From assembly GCA_000503835.1 (NCBI GenBank), contig CP006914.1, positions 529,680 to 593,679 on the forward strand: 64,000 bases of DNA. Direction: 5' to 3'. Positions within the stretch are counted from its first letter, which is position 1, and every line of letters starts with the position of its first letter. A program made the translations under genes and the position numbers. Shown here piece by piece: positions 36,844 to 44,685 of the stretch. Source of the stretch: a candidate division WWE3 bacterium RAAC2_WWE3_1 (GTDB taxonomy: Bacteria > Patescibacteriota > WWE3 > UBA101185 > UBA10185). The notes below the pieces were generated by a model. The model saw only the letters and a list, made by a program, of their open reading frames with translations, did not search any database and was not told where the DNA came from.

Positions 36844-38076
36844 ATGAAAAACACTCCTCACAAAAAGAGTAAAACTTTATCTTCGTTTTCTGGTAAAATG
36901 GGCACTATGAGTGCCGAAAAGAAGAAAAAGATTAGCATTTTAGAAAAGATATTAACTATAGCTGTAATAATGGGCGTAACATCCGCCCTCTACCTTTACA
37001 CGTCGGGTTATAGGCTGGACAAGGGAAAAGGTTCGACTATAGACCTTGCTAAAACGGGTATGATTAGCGCTAAATCTCTTCCGGATGGGGCCAGCGTCTA
37101 TCTCGACGGAAAGCTTATGACCGCAACTAACGATACTTTGTCGGGTATAGCTCCCGGAAAGCATAAAATAAAGATCGAGAAAAAAGGATTCGTGCCCTGG
37201 AACAAAGAAATAGAGATTTATGAAGAGCTTGTAACGGATATCACGGCCGTACTCGTATCACAAAGTCCCAGGCTGGAACCGTTAACCAACACCGGAGCAA
37301 AATACCCGAGCATCTCTCCTTCCCAAAATAAAATAGCCTACTTTTCGGAAGACGGCGAGAAACCCGGCGTCTGGGTCACCTCGTTGAACGGAGCAGGAAT
37401 AGGTCTTTTCAGAAACACCTCCGTAATGGCAGTGCAGGACACAAAATTCGTGAAATACTCTCAGGGCAAGAGCATAGAATGGTCGCCCGACGAAACTCAA
37501 CTACTGTTACAGGCATCAAACGACACATATTATCTGGTAGACCTGGCATCTAACACAGCTTCTACCGCCTATGCACCCGATGAAATAAGACAGGGTTGGC
37601 AGGAACTTTTGCTGGAAAAGAGAAAAGTGTTGGTCGAAAAGCTTGAAGTTCCTGAAAACATTAAGCAACTCGCCCTTTCCTCAAGGGCTTTCTGGGCGCC
37701 CGACGATAAAAAATTCCTGTATACGATCCAGAGTGGTGACACCCTCGAGTATAGAACGTACAACTTCGAGCGTCCTATCCCGATAGGCGAAAAAATAGAG
37801 AACACAGCCTTCACAACGAATTTAAACGACACCCAGCCTAAAGTCTCCTGGTACTCCGACAGCTTCCACCTAATCCTTGTCGAAGGAAATATTGAACAGG
37901 ACAAAAGAGGGGTAATTTCTCTTATAAGAATAGATGGCACGAATAAAGTTGAGGTCTACAATAACACTCTTATGTTCAACTCGGTATTTGCAGTCCCGTC
38001 CGGCGATAAGATAATCGTGCTGACCTCTTTTAAATCGGGGGAACAAACAGACCTTTACACAGTAGGAATCAGATAA
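36844..38076 (+). CDS. PEGA-domain membrane protein with a C-terminal beta-rich (propeller-like) domain
   Basis: It has an N-terminal TM (ILTIAVIMGVTSALYLY), then LPDGASVYLDGKLMTATNDTLSGIAPGKHKIKIEKKGFVPW, which matches the PEGA consensus. The ORF-track start at 36667 overlaps the GT26 gene and was moved to the first Met after it. Confidence 0.6.
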   Translation: MKNTPHKKSKTLSSFSGKMGTMSAEKKKKISILEKILTIAVIMGVTSALYLYTSGYRLDKGKGSTIDLAKTGMISAKSLPDGASVYLDGKLMTATNDTLSGIAPGKHKIKIEKKGFVPWNKEIEIYEELVTDITAVLVSQSPRLEPLTNTGAKYPSISPSQNKIAYFSEDGEKPGVWVTSLNGAGIGLFRNTSVMAVQDTKFVKYSQGKSIEWSPDETQLLLQASNDTYYLVDLASNTASTAYAPDEIRQGWQELLLEKRKVLVEKLEVPENIKQLALSSRAFWAPDDKKFLYTIQSGDTLEYRTYNFERPIPIGEKIENTAFTTNLNDTQPKVSWYSDSFHLILVEGNIEQDKRGVISLIRIDGTNKVEVYNNTLMFNSVFAVPSGDKIIVLTSFKSGEQTDLYTVGIR

Positions 38077-38080
38077 AGCT

Positions 38081-38779
38081 CTAACGCGAACCCGGAATAA
38101 CATCCTTCAGCACGGCCGTTACTACAAATCTATTTATAGTCGTACCCGGAGGATCGCACGTCTGTAAAGTGAGAACCGATTCAATAACGGGTCTTAGCAG
38201 AGGCTGAGTGTTCCAACCTTTGACAACTTCTTTGTTCGTAACCTCGTAAACGTAGTCATCGCCTTTATAAAATACATGAACCTCATCCCCGTAGTTCAAC
38301 TTTCTTAGTAGGTTAAAAACCGATGCGTAACCTCCGAGGTCAAAAAAATTCAGTGAAGCGTGCGCAAAAAGATATACATTGCCCGGTTCTCTGGAAGGGT
38401 ACTGGGAGGTAGACGCATGAGCTATCCCATGTTTCAGTGCTTCTCTATAAGCCTTTTCGTCCGTTACCGACACGTCGGCGATTATCGGAGCGTTCACTCC
38501 TATCCTTTCAATAACAAGCGAAAATTCCGTATCGACAGGGGTCATAGCGATAGGGTTCGAGGATAAAAGCCTCGCGAAAACACTGTCCTTCTCCCCTCCT
38601 TCCGCGTTAATCTTATACTCCTGGTTACGCAGTTCCTTTATGTAGAACCATATCTCATCCTTTAACAGCGGCCCGAACGAAAAAAGCAGAAATAAAATGC
38701 CGAGGATTATCAAAACATTCGAGAGTTTAATTGGCCTGGTGTGCTTGTTATTTAACATAACCTTTCTACCATTGTACAA
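38081..38779 (-). CDS. Sortase (membrane-anchored transpeptidase)
   Basis: It has an N-terminal TM helix, the catalytic triad contexts LFAHAS (His), TLQTCDP (Cys, TL.TC motif) and NRFVVTA (Arg), and the LVIERIGVNAPI beta-strand motif. Confidence 0.7.
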   Translation of the reverse strand: MYNGRKVMLNNKHTRPIKLSNVLIILGILFLLFSFGPLLKDEIWFYIKELRNQEYKINAEGGEKDSVFARLLSSNPIAMTPVDTEFSLVIERIGVNAPIIADVSVTDEKAYREALKHGIAHASTSQYPSREPGNVYLFAHASLNFFDLGGYASVFNLLRKLNYGDEVHVFYKGDDYVYEVTNKEVVKGWNTQPLLRPVIESVLTLQTCDPPGTTINRFVVTAVLKDVIPGSR

Positions 38780-38786
38780 TAACCCA

Positions 38787-39059
38787 ATGAAAGTATTAAA
38801 AATAGGGGCTATCTGGTGTTCCGGGTGCCTTGTTATGAAACCGATCTGGAAAAAGATAGAAAATGAAAACCCCTGGTTGAAGACCGAATACTACGAGTTT
38901 GATGACAGCCCGGATATTGCACTAAAGTACGGGCTTGGGGCAGGATTTCTGCCTACCTATATATTTTTGGATTCTCATGACAAAGAGCTCGCCAGAGTTA
39001 GCGGGGAGATAAAAGAAAAAGACCTGTTGAAAATTATCGAACGACACCGGGAAGAATAG
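38787..39059 (+). CDS. Small thioredoxin-like protein (WCSGC active site)
   Basis: MKVLKIGAIWCSGCLVMKPIWKKIE... is about 90 aa with a Trx fold. The ORF-track start at 38697 overlaps the sortase gene. Confidence 0.6.
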   Translation: MKVLKIGAIWCSGCLVMKPIWKKIENENPWLKTEYYEFDDSPDIALKYGLGAGFLPTYIFLDSHDKELARVSGEIKEKDLLKIIERHREE

Positions 39060-39062
39060 CAG

Positions 39063-40268
39063 ATGCGTAAATGGTCACCGCTACTATTTTTCATTGTATT
39101 TACCGCTCTCTTTCTGCCTGCCGAAGCCCACAGTTCGTCACTTGATATATATCTTTTCCAAAGCAACACTTGTTCTCACTGCACCGCTGAAAAGACTTTT
39201 CTAAAGGAAATCGCTCCTAAATACCCCGAACTGGTAATAAATTCCTATGAGGTATCGAATAACCCCCAAAACCTGCAATTTATGGTAAAGGTCGGTGAAA
39301 AACTGGGGGTGGACGCCGGAGGCGTGCCTTTTCTGGTCTTAGGAAAAGAGTCGATAGTCGGATTCAACAGTAACGAAACTACCGGGGTTCAAATCGAAGA
39401 AAAAATTAAGGAAGCCCTGCAAAATCCTCCCGTAGACATGGTAGAACAGGTATTGGCTGAAAATCCCGAACTGATCACAGTAAAAACCTACCTGACGCCT
39501 TCCGGGACAGAAACAGAAAAACCCGCCGGGAATAAAAGCGCGTTCAAACTCAATCTTGACCCGAAATCACTGCCCCTCCCTGTATTTACCTTCGTCATAG
39601 CACTGATGGACGGGTTTAACCCCTGTGCTATGTGGGCTCTGTTGTTCCTTATTAGTCTATTACTAGGCATGAAGGACAGGAAAAAAATGTGGCTTCTCGG
39701 AGGAATTTTTATTGCCACGTCCGGACTTGTCTACTTCCTGTTCCTGGCCGCCTGGCTCAACTTTTTCATGTTTATGGGGTACGCTCTGGTGGTCAGATAC
39801 GTCGTGGGTCTCTTCGCCCTGGGGCTCGGCATTTATTACTTATATGATTTCTACAAGAACAAAGGCGGATGCGCTGTCAGTGAAAACGAGAAAAGACGCG
39901 GGTTCATCGAACGCATTAAACAAGTTGTGCTGAACAAACATCTTTCCGTTGCACTGGTGGGAATGGTAGTACTTGCAGCTTCGGTAAATTTGATAGAACT
40001 GCTTTGCTCGGCAGGACTTCCCGCTGTCTATACCAAGGTTTTGAGCATGAACAATCTTCCGGAGTGGCAGTATTATCTGTACCTGATGTTCTACATATTA
40101 ATCTTCATGCTTGACGATATCATTGTATTTGTGGGCGCCATGATAACGCTGCAGGCGTTCGGGATTAAAAATAAATATGCCAAGTACTCTCATTTATTGG
40201 GGGGCATCGTTGTATTGTTAATCGGTCTTGCTCTTATTTTCAAACCGGAACTGTTATCTTTTAAGTAA
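39063..40268 (+). CDS. Thiol:disulfide interchange protein: an exported thioredoxin-like domain (CSHC) fused to a CcdA/DsbD-type membrane electron-transfer domain
   Basis: A signal peptide is followed by SNTCSHCTAEKTFL (the CxxC motif). The membrane domain contains the MDGFNPCAMWALLF motif of CcdA/DsbD and a second Cys in helix 4 (ELLCSAGLPAVY). Confidence 0.75.
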   Translation: MRKWSPLLFFIVFTALFLPAEAHSSSLDIYLFQSNTCSHCTAEKTFLKEIAPKYPELVINSYEVSNNPQNLQFMVKVGEKLGVDAGGVPFLVLGKESIVGFNSNETTGVQIEEKIKEALQNPPVDMVEQVLAENPELITVKTYLTPSGTETEKPAGNKSAFKLNLDPKSLPLPVFTFVIALMDGFNPCAMWALLFLISLLLGMKDRKKMWLLGGIFIATSGLVYFLFLAAWLNFFMFMGYALVVRYVVGLFALGLGIYYLYDFYKNKGGCAVSENEKRRGFIERIKQVVLNKHLSVALVGMVVLAASVNLIELLCSAGLPAVYTKVLSMNNLPEWQYYLYLMFYILIFMLDDIIVFVGAMITLQAFGIKNKYAKYSHLLGGIVVLLIGLALIFKPELLSFK

Positions 40269-40310
40269 AACGGTTTTTTGAGAAATATTTTTCTGAAAAA
40301 CAAAAAAGTG

Positions 40311-40345
40311 TTGACGTTTCAAAAAACTTTGATACAATGTCTGAG
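40311..40345 (+). promoter_or_regulatory. Strong sigma70-type promoter (TTGACG-17-TACAAT) with no downstream ORF
   Basis: ttgacgtttcaaaaaactttgatacaatg has near-consensus -35 and -10 elements. The only things downstream before a minus-strand tRNA are two hairpins and a T-run. Confidence 0.45.
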
Positions 40346-40351
40346 CATGTT

Positions 40352-40425
40352 GGGGCAACCTGACATGCACTAAAAGAGGCCAGGGATTTATCCCGGGTCT
40401 CTTTTTTTATTTCTGCTTATATTTT
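40352..40425 (+). ncRNA. Candidate ~75-nt small RNA (promoter, 6-bp stem-loop, terminator)
   Basis: A perfect hairpin GCATGTtggggcaacctgACATGC is followed by an imperfect GC-rich hairpin (agaggccagggatttatcccgggtctc) and a T7 run. Its function is unknown, and it may be only a bidirectional terminator. Confidence 0.3.
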
Positions 40426-40437
40426 GGAAGGCTTTCC

Positions 40438-40514
40438 TGGTCGGGGTGGGCGGACTCGAACCGCCGGCCTCACGGTCCCGAACCGTGCACTCTAGCCAAC
40501 TGAGCTACACCCCG
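40438..40514 (-). tRNA. tRNA-Pro (anticodon CGG)
   Basis: Reverse complement: CGGGGTG-TA-GCTC-AGTTGGCTA-GAGT-G-CACGG-TTCGGGA-CCGTG-AGGCC-GGCGG-TTCGAGT-CCGCC-CACCCCG-A-CCA. It forms a cloverleaf with a C1:G72 pair typical of bacterial tRNA-Pro, and CCA is encoded. Confidence 0.8.
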
Positions 40515-40621
40515 AAGAGCGAATACGACGGGGGCGTGCAAAAGGAAGCAACCTTGTATTCAAGGTGAGCAGGCCTTTACACCCCACGAAAAACCTCAAG
40601 GCAAAAAGCTACATCTTAAAA

Positions 40622-40642
40622 TGGTGCCCCCGGCGGGAATTG
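40622..40642. repeat. 21-nt direct repeat of the tRNA-Arg 3' end (3' strands of the T-arm and acceptor stem, plus CCA), 141 bp from the tRNA copy
   Basis: tggtgcccccggcgggaattg at 40622-40642 equals 40763-40783, the 3' end of tRNA-Arg. The flanking sequence differs. Confidence 0.7.
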
Positions 40643-40762
40643 GTCACCGGTACTCGCCTGCTGGCTCGTCCGTCGACCCCGGCTCGGCACCGTCGTGCCT
40701 GCGCCATTCAATCCCCTTACGGGCAGAAACCCGACCGCCACCTTCGGTGACGTTCGTGTTTC

Positions 40763-40837
40763 TGGTGCCCCCGGCGGGAATTGAACCTGCATCTTATTCT
40801 TAGGAGGAACACGTTCTATCCGTTGAACTACGGGAGC
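40763..40837 (-). tRNA. tRNA-Arg (anticodon CCT)
   Basis: Reverse complement: GCTCCCG-TA-GTTC-AACGGATA-GAAC-G-TGTTC-CTCCTAA-GAATA-AGAT-GCAGG-TTCAATT-CCCGC-CGGGGGC-A-CCA. The acceptor, D and anticodon stems pair well. The T-stem has one A:C mismatch and the variable loop is 4 nt, which is why confidence is only moderate. Confidence 0.6.
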
Positions 40838-40867
40838 AAAGCAATAAGATTTTAACACACAAACCCC

Positions 40868-42415
40868 CTACTTCGTGACAACAAACATTTCCGAAGGCAG
40901 TCGGTACTTTTCAATCAATTCTTTGTTAAGAACACCGTTTCTTACCAATATAAGCGCGAAATCGTCTACATAAACCGGCACCCATTCATGGTCGGCAAGT
41001 CTCGTGATAAGGAAGGGCTGCGCCCAGGGTGTGAAATCCCTTCTGTAAAAGAAAATAACGTTGAAATTGTGTCGGGCCATTACCTCTTTCCACTTTTCCT
41101 CGTTTTCCTGCATAGGAACGTAGGTTTCTGTGAAAAAATCCTCCGGGTAAGCTTCCGGTCTGTTGTCGACAAATACTTTTTCACGCGGGTATAAGCCATA
41201 AATCAGGTAACTTCCTATATCGTAGTTGTTAAAAACAGGTCCTTTTAGGCTGTTTCTGTTGAAAAATTCCAACGATTCCATTGAATCTTTTCCCAGGCCG
41301 ACGCCGAAACCGGGTTGAAAAGGCGAAAAATAAGTGCCCGGGATTAGGCTCAGCCCTATTACAACAAACAAGGCTCCGTAAATAAAAACTTTCTTTTTAA
41401 TTTCGCCCAAAACAAGTGTCATCACAGGAATTGCAGTGATAACAAAAAGCGGGATTGCTCTAAGATACTTTCCCCCGAGAACCAAAAATATCAGGGAAAT
41501 TACTATTCCGGGCAATTCGTCTTTCGCTTTCTTTTTGTAGAGCAGGTACGTTATACAACCAAGTAAAAATAATCCCGCAATCTCAAAGAAAAAATACTCG
41601 AACTTCGGATACCTGATTTGCATAAAGAATACTGACTGATTTTCGGATATCCTGTACCCGTAGTTTCTGAAGATGTTAAATGGAGTCAACAGACCTTCCA
41701 ATCCAAACGGATTAACCAAGCTTGCCAGAACAATCGAAAGTAGCAAGACAAGCACCTCCCACCTCTGCGTGCCAACTTTTTTGACTAATATAAAATAAAA
41801 AACGTATATCGCCGTAATGATAATTCCAAACACAAAAAAGATGTGGAAGTTTACCCAGAGTACCTGGAGGAGAAAGAGGAACGGGAGTAATAATTTTAGC
41901 TTAAACTGTCCAACCCCATATGATTCGAAAATATAAACGTACATAGCGAGTAAGAGGTAACTGAAGTTCTCCGGACGTACCTCATTGCGCGATGCAAAGA
42001 GAGGCGCGAGTAAAAGTAATGACAGCGCAAAGACACCAAAGAAGCATCTCTTTCTTACCGATAAATAAATAAAAAGTGCCGTTAAAGAGGCAAGAACTGC
42101 ATTAAGGAATGTGAGTCCCTCGAACCCGGATACTCTGTAAATTAGATAGAAAATGACCCCGACTCCCCAGTGATGAGTTACTACCGGGAAATCTGCATTT
42201 GTATACGAATAAAGGTTTGTCCTGAGAACGCTACCCTGCTCTACAAATAGCTTGCCGTTGACCAAATGTCTCCCCAGGTCGACGATCGGCAAATTTATCT
42301 TGGTAAGAAAAAAGAAACCGAAATACGTAAAAAGGAGGGTTTTGGGCAAAAGTCTAAGGAGCACGGGTAACATTTCCTTGAATACCAGGCCTGCTTTGTT
42401 GACAAAACGTGTCAT
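40868..42415 (-). CDS. Large polytopic membrane protein with a C-terminal soluble domain, possibly a GT-C-fold glycosyltransferase (PMT/ArnT/YfhO-like)
   Basis: It has about 12 predicted TM helices and a ~120-aa hydrophilic C-terminus. The start was placed at the Met whose ATG overlaps the stop of the upstream Cys-rich gene in an ATGA arrangement (42412-42415). The ORF track extends to 42466. No catalytic motif was recognised with certainty. Confidence 0.5.
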   Translation of the reverse strand: MTRFVNKAGLVFKEMLPVLLRLLPKTLLFTYFGFFFLTKINLPIVDLGRHLVNGKLFVEQGSVLRTNLYSYTNADFPVVTHHWGVGVIFYLIYRVSGFEGLTFLNAVLASLTALFIYLSVRKRCFFGVFALSLLLLAPLFASRNEVRPENFSYLLLAMYVYIFESYGVGQFKLKLLLPFLFLLQVLWVNFHIFFVFGIIITAIYVFYFILVKKVGTQRWEVLVLLLSIVLASLVNPFGLEGLLTPFNIFRNYGYRISENQSVFFMQIRYPKFEYFFFEIAGLFLLGCITYLLYKKKAKDELPGIVISLIFLVLGGKYLRAIPLFVITAIPVMTLVLGEIKKKVFIYGALFVVIGLSLIPGTYFSPFQPGFGVGLGKDSMESLEFFNRNSLKGPVFNNYDIGSYLIYGLYPREKVFVDNRPEAYPEDFFTETYVPMQENEEKWKEVMARHNFNVIFFYRRDFTPWAQPFLITRLADHEWVPVYVDDFALILVRNGVLNKELIEKYRLPSEMFVVTK

Positions 42416-42726
42416 TTTTTCGAGAACCGGATAAATTCGCATACCTGTGTGCATTTGAACTCGCACCTATCCGCTATGCTTTCTTCTTTGTAGTGTCTAC
42501 AGGGACTGGCACAAAAGCTGTACAGGCCGTTTATACCCGCGCACTGTATCAGGTTTATATCCTCACACTCCCGGTATTTTTTTAACCAGGTACCACCGGC
42601 GTCTTTGCATGCGTCGGTTTTGTCTCCAACAGCAGCGCCGAGTATGTAGAAAGCTATACCCAAGGCTAACATTGCTAATATCAGCCTGGCTTCTTTGTTG
42701 GTCTTTAGCAAGACCCACAGATTCAT
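42412..42726 (-). CDS. Small membrane-anchored Cys-rich protein (10 Cys in 60 aa)
   Basis: An N-terminal TM helix (ARLILAMLALGIAFYILGAAVG) is followed by CKDAGGTWLKKYRECEDINLIQCAGINGLYSFCASPCRHYKEESIADRCEFKCTQVCEF. It is translationally coupled to the downstream membrane protein. Confidence 0.5.
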   Translation of the reverse strand: MNLWVLLKTNKEARLILAMLALGIAFYILGAAVGDKTDACKDAGGTWLKKYRECEDINLIQCAGINGLYSFCASPCRHYKEESIADRCEFKCTQVCEFIRFSKK

Positions 42727-42904
42727 ATTTAAATTATATACAGGAAGACGGAGGGGGTATAGATAGAGACGAGATTAGACGTTGTTAGATGATAGTAACA
42801 TCCCCGAGCCACCCCACATTGACCAACTATAGGTCATATGATAGAATTGCCCACGGTAAAATTAACCGATCAACACACAGAAAACGCAGTATTTAGGAGG
42901 AAAC

Positions 42905-43273
42905 ATGTACTGGAAAAGAATGGTCTTTTACCTGGTTTTAGCGTTCGTTTTTCTTGCAGCAGCAAGACTCCTCACGGCGCTCAGTGTGGAACCAGAGTTA
43001 CTCCCCGACCTACTTCTCTTAACAAGTGGTATCTTCTCTGGAATGGCTATCACCCGAGTGTACACTCTTCTGAAGCTAAGGGGCGGAACACTAAGTATCC
43101 TTGGCTCAATACTTGCTATTCTGTTCTTTGCGGGCTTACTAGTATTCGCAAGCTTAAACCCGCTGGCGGCAAAAAACCCATTTAATATTTGGGTGGTTTT
43201 AGTCGACTTAGCGCTGTTGGCTTTATTAGGATTTGAGATTCGTGCCTTAGTAAAAGCACTGAGAAAGAAATAG
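42905..43273 (+). CDS. Hypothetical integral membrane protein (4 TM helices)
   Basis: 122 aa, hydrophobic throughout. An upstream AGGAGG-like motif (tttaGGAGGaaacATG) is present and a terminator follows. Confidence 0.5.
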   Translation: MYWKRMVFYLVLAFVFLAAARLLTALSVEPELLPDLLLLTSGIFSGMAITRVYTLLKLRGGTLSILGSILAILFFAGLLVFASLNPLAAKNPFNIWVVLVDLALLALLGFEIRALVKALRKK

Positions 43274-43284
43274 CAGTCGCTAAA

Positions 43285-43331
43285 AAGCAGTCATTTTTTT
43301 CCCAAAAGGAAGATGGCTGCTTATTTTTTTT
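43285..43331 (+). terminator. Rho-independent terminator after the 42905-43273 gene
   Basis: AAGCAGTCAT-(18-nt loop)-ATGGCTGCTT forms a 10-bp stem with one G:U pair, followed by attttttttt. Confidence 0.5.
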
Positions 43332-43343
43332 CTGGTGGAGGGA
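43327..43343. repeat. Partial direct repeat of the tRNA-Ser 3' end and flank (ttttctggtggagggag), 139 bp from the tRNA copy
   Basis: It matches 43466-43482 (tttgttggcggagggag) at 14 of 17 positions and matches the 12 nt of the tRNA 3' end (tggYggagggag) with one transition. Confidence 0.6.
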
Positions 43344-43428
43344 GTTTTACTTCGTAAAGCAATTCTGCTCACTTCGTTCGCAGAAATGTGTGACTCGAAC
43401 CTGCTTCGCGGTACGACCAGACGCCCCT

Positions 43429-43470
43429 CAAACAAAAAATATCCGGCGGTAAACGCCGGCCACTTTTTGT
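43429..43470 (-). terminator. Hairpin plus T-tract terminator immediately 3' of tRNA-Ser
   Basis: The minus strand reads ..CCA-ac-aaaaagtgg-CCGGCG-tttac-CGCCGG-atattttttgtttg. Confidence 0.5.
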
Positions 43471-43560
43471 TGGCGGAGGGAGTGGGAGTCGAACCCACGA
43501 TGCCCTTGCGGGCATAGCAGTTTTCAAGACTGCCGCACTAGGCCACTATGCGATCCCTCC
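43471..43560 (-). tRNA. tRNA-Ser (anticodon TGA), class II with a long variable arm
   Basis: Reverse complement: GGAGGGA-TC-GCA-TAGTGGCCTAGT-GCG-GCAGT-CTTGAAA-ACTGC-TATGCCCGCAAGGGCATC-GTGGG-TTCGACT-CCCAC-TCCCTCC-G-CCA. Confidence 0.8.
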
Positions 43561-43593
43561 GGGCCGTGTAAATTATACTAGTAAAAGCGCCAA

Positions 43594-44685
43594 TCAACCA
43601 ATAAGTATTGTGTATATCTGTTCGACCATGGAAAGCACTACGCTGGCGCCGGACAGGCTGTAAGACTCTATCCCCTCATCATCCGGCAATACCAGGGGCT
43701 TTTTCACCACCTCTATTTCCTTTCCATTATTTTGGAACGAGAAACTGGGAGAAATCTCGAACTCATCCACATAAGACAGTGCGCGGTCAACCGGGATTGT
43801 ATTTCTTAGGAGTACTTTTGGGATGCCCTGCAGTGAATTCGCAACCCGAATAAGCTCACCCTCTGTATCGAGTCTCTCCCTTATAGACTCCTTTCCGCCC
43901 GAGTCCCCCTCTTTTGCAACCAATATCTCCTTTCCATAGCCGGAACACCCCTCGTTGTCACAAAGCAGTACGTACTCATTCCCCCGGTCGCCTGAAACAA
44001 CAAATCTAGAGGGATTTAGTGTTATATTTTTAGAAGTTTTGCATAATGGGCATATTCTTCTTCCTGTCATTCTCAAATCTATAAGGCTTTCCGGTACGTC
44101 GATGAGTATAAAAAAATCCGGGTCGTCGCGATGATTAATCAGATTACGAAAATAAAGCGAGTATGAAATCTGATCTAAATTCCGAGGCATCCCGTCTATA
44201 AATAACGCCTTATTACCAACCTTATCAATTTCCATTTTAACAAGAGCGAGAACCAGCTCTGTGGGAAGGAGGGTGCTTTGGTTCCGATTTTGCAACGAGG
44301 TAAGTGCGTTCGCTACGGAAAGAAATCCCCGGTAATTAGAGGCAAAGTAATTTTCTATCTCCGACCTTTTGTCAGAAAAAGTGAGTTCTTCTTCCGTCTT
44401 TCTTATTACGTCGCCTATTGATATGTGTTGGAATCTGGTCGGACCGACTATTTCTTCAAACATTTTGGCATAAGTACCCTTGCCTGCCTGTTTTTTTGCC
44501 ACCATGTAACCTACAAAGGTTTGTCTGTCCAATAGCTCCTTAAGTTTTTCTACCTTATCGCCCAGTTTTTCGTTGAAATACAATCTTCTATCCAACGGGT
44601 CGCTAAGGTCAAAGTCCCTGCTTACGGGGTAAGATTTGGAATTAAATAGGGGTATTTTCAGGGGTTCGTGCGTAACATTATGCAT
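43594..44685 (-). CDS. Adenylate-kinase-family protein, an unusually long (363 aa) divergent variant
   Basis: It has a P-loop (KKQAGKGTYAKMFEEI, compare GxxGxGKGT), an NMP-binding segment (ALFIDGMPRNLDQ, compare LLDGFPR) and a Cys-containing LID-like segment (RRICPLCKTSKNI...CDNEGCSG). It also has N- and C-terminal extensions of about 60 and 90 aa. It overlaps ndk by 8 nt. Confidence 0.5.
   Translation of the reverse strand: MHNVTHEPLKIPLFNSKSYPVSRDFDLSDPLDRRLYFNEKLGDKVEKLKELLDRQTFVGYMVAKKQAGKGTYAKMFEEIVGPTRFQHISIGDVIRKTEEELTFSDKRSEIENYFASNYRGFLSVANALTSLQNRNQSTLLPTELVLALVKMEIDKVGNKALFIDGMPRNLDQISYSLYFRNLINHRDDPDFFILIDVPESLIDLRMTGRRICPLCKTSKNITLNPSRFVVSGDRGNEYVLLCDNEGCSGYGKEILVAKEGDSGGKESIRERLDTEGELIRVANSLQGIPKVLLRNTIPVDRALSYVDEFEISPSFSFQNNGKEIEVVKKPLVLPDDEGIESYSLSGASVVLSMVEQIYTILIG

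Noticed and set aside
40560-40860. ORFs at 40565-40750 (+), 40616-40858 (-) and 40621-40803 (+). Also the idea that the first copy of tggtgcccccggcgggaattg marks a second, intron-containing tRNA-Arg.
   Set aside because: The ORFs overlap a tRNA gene and each other and have no coding signal. The first copy cannot form an acceptor stem (no matching 5' strand nearby), and 140 nt is too short for a group I intron. It is better explained as a partial att-like repeat.
43330-43440. A possible additional tRNA or tRNA-Sec between the 42905 gene and tRNA-Ser, because the segment ends in ...CTCCCTCCACCA.
   Set aside because: No 5' acceptor strand complementary to CCCTCC is present, and no T-arm or anticodon arm could be folded. 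The end is a partial copy of the tRNA-Ser 3' end.
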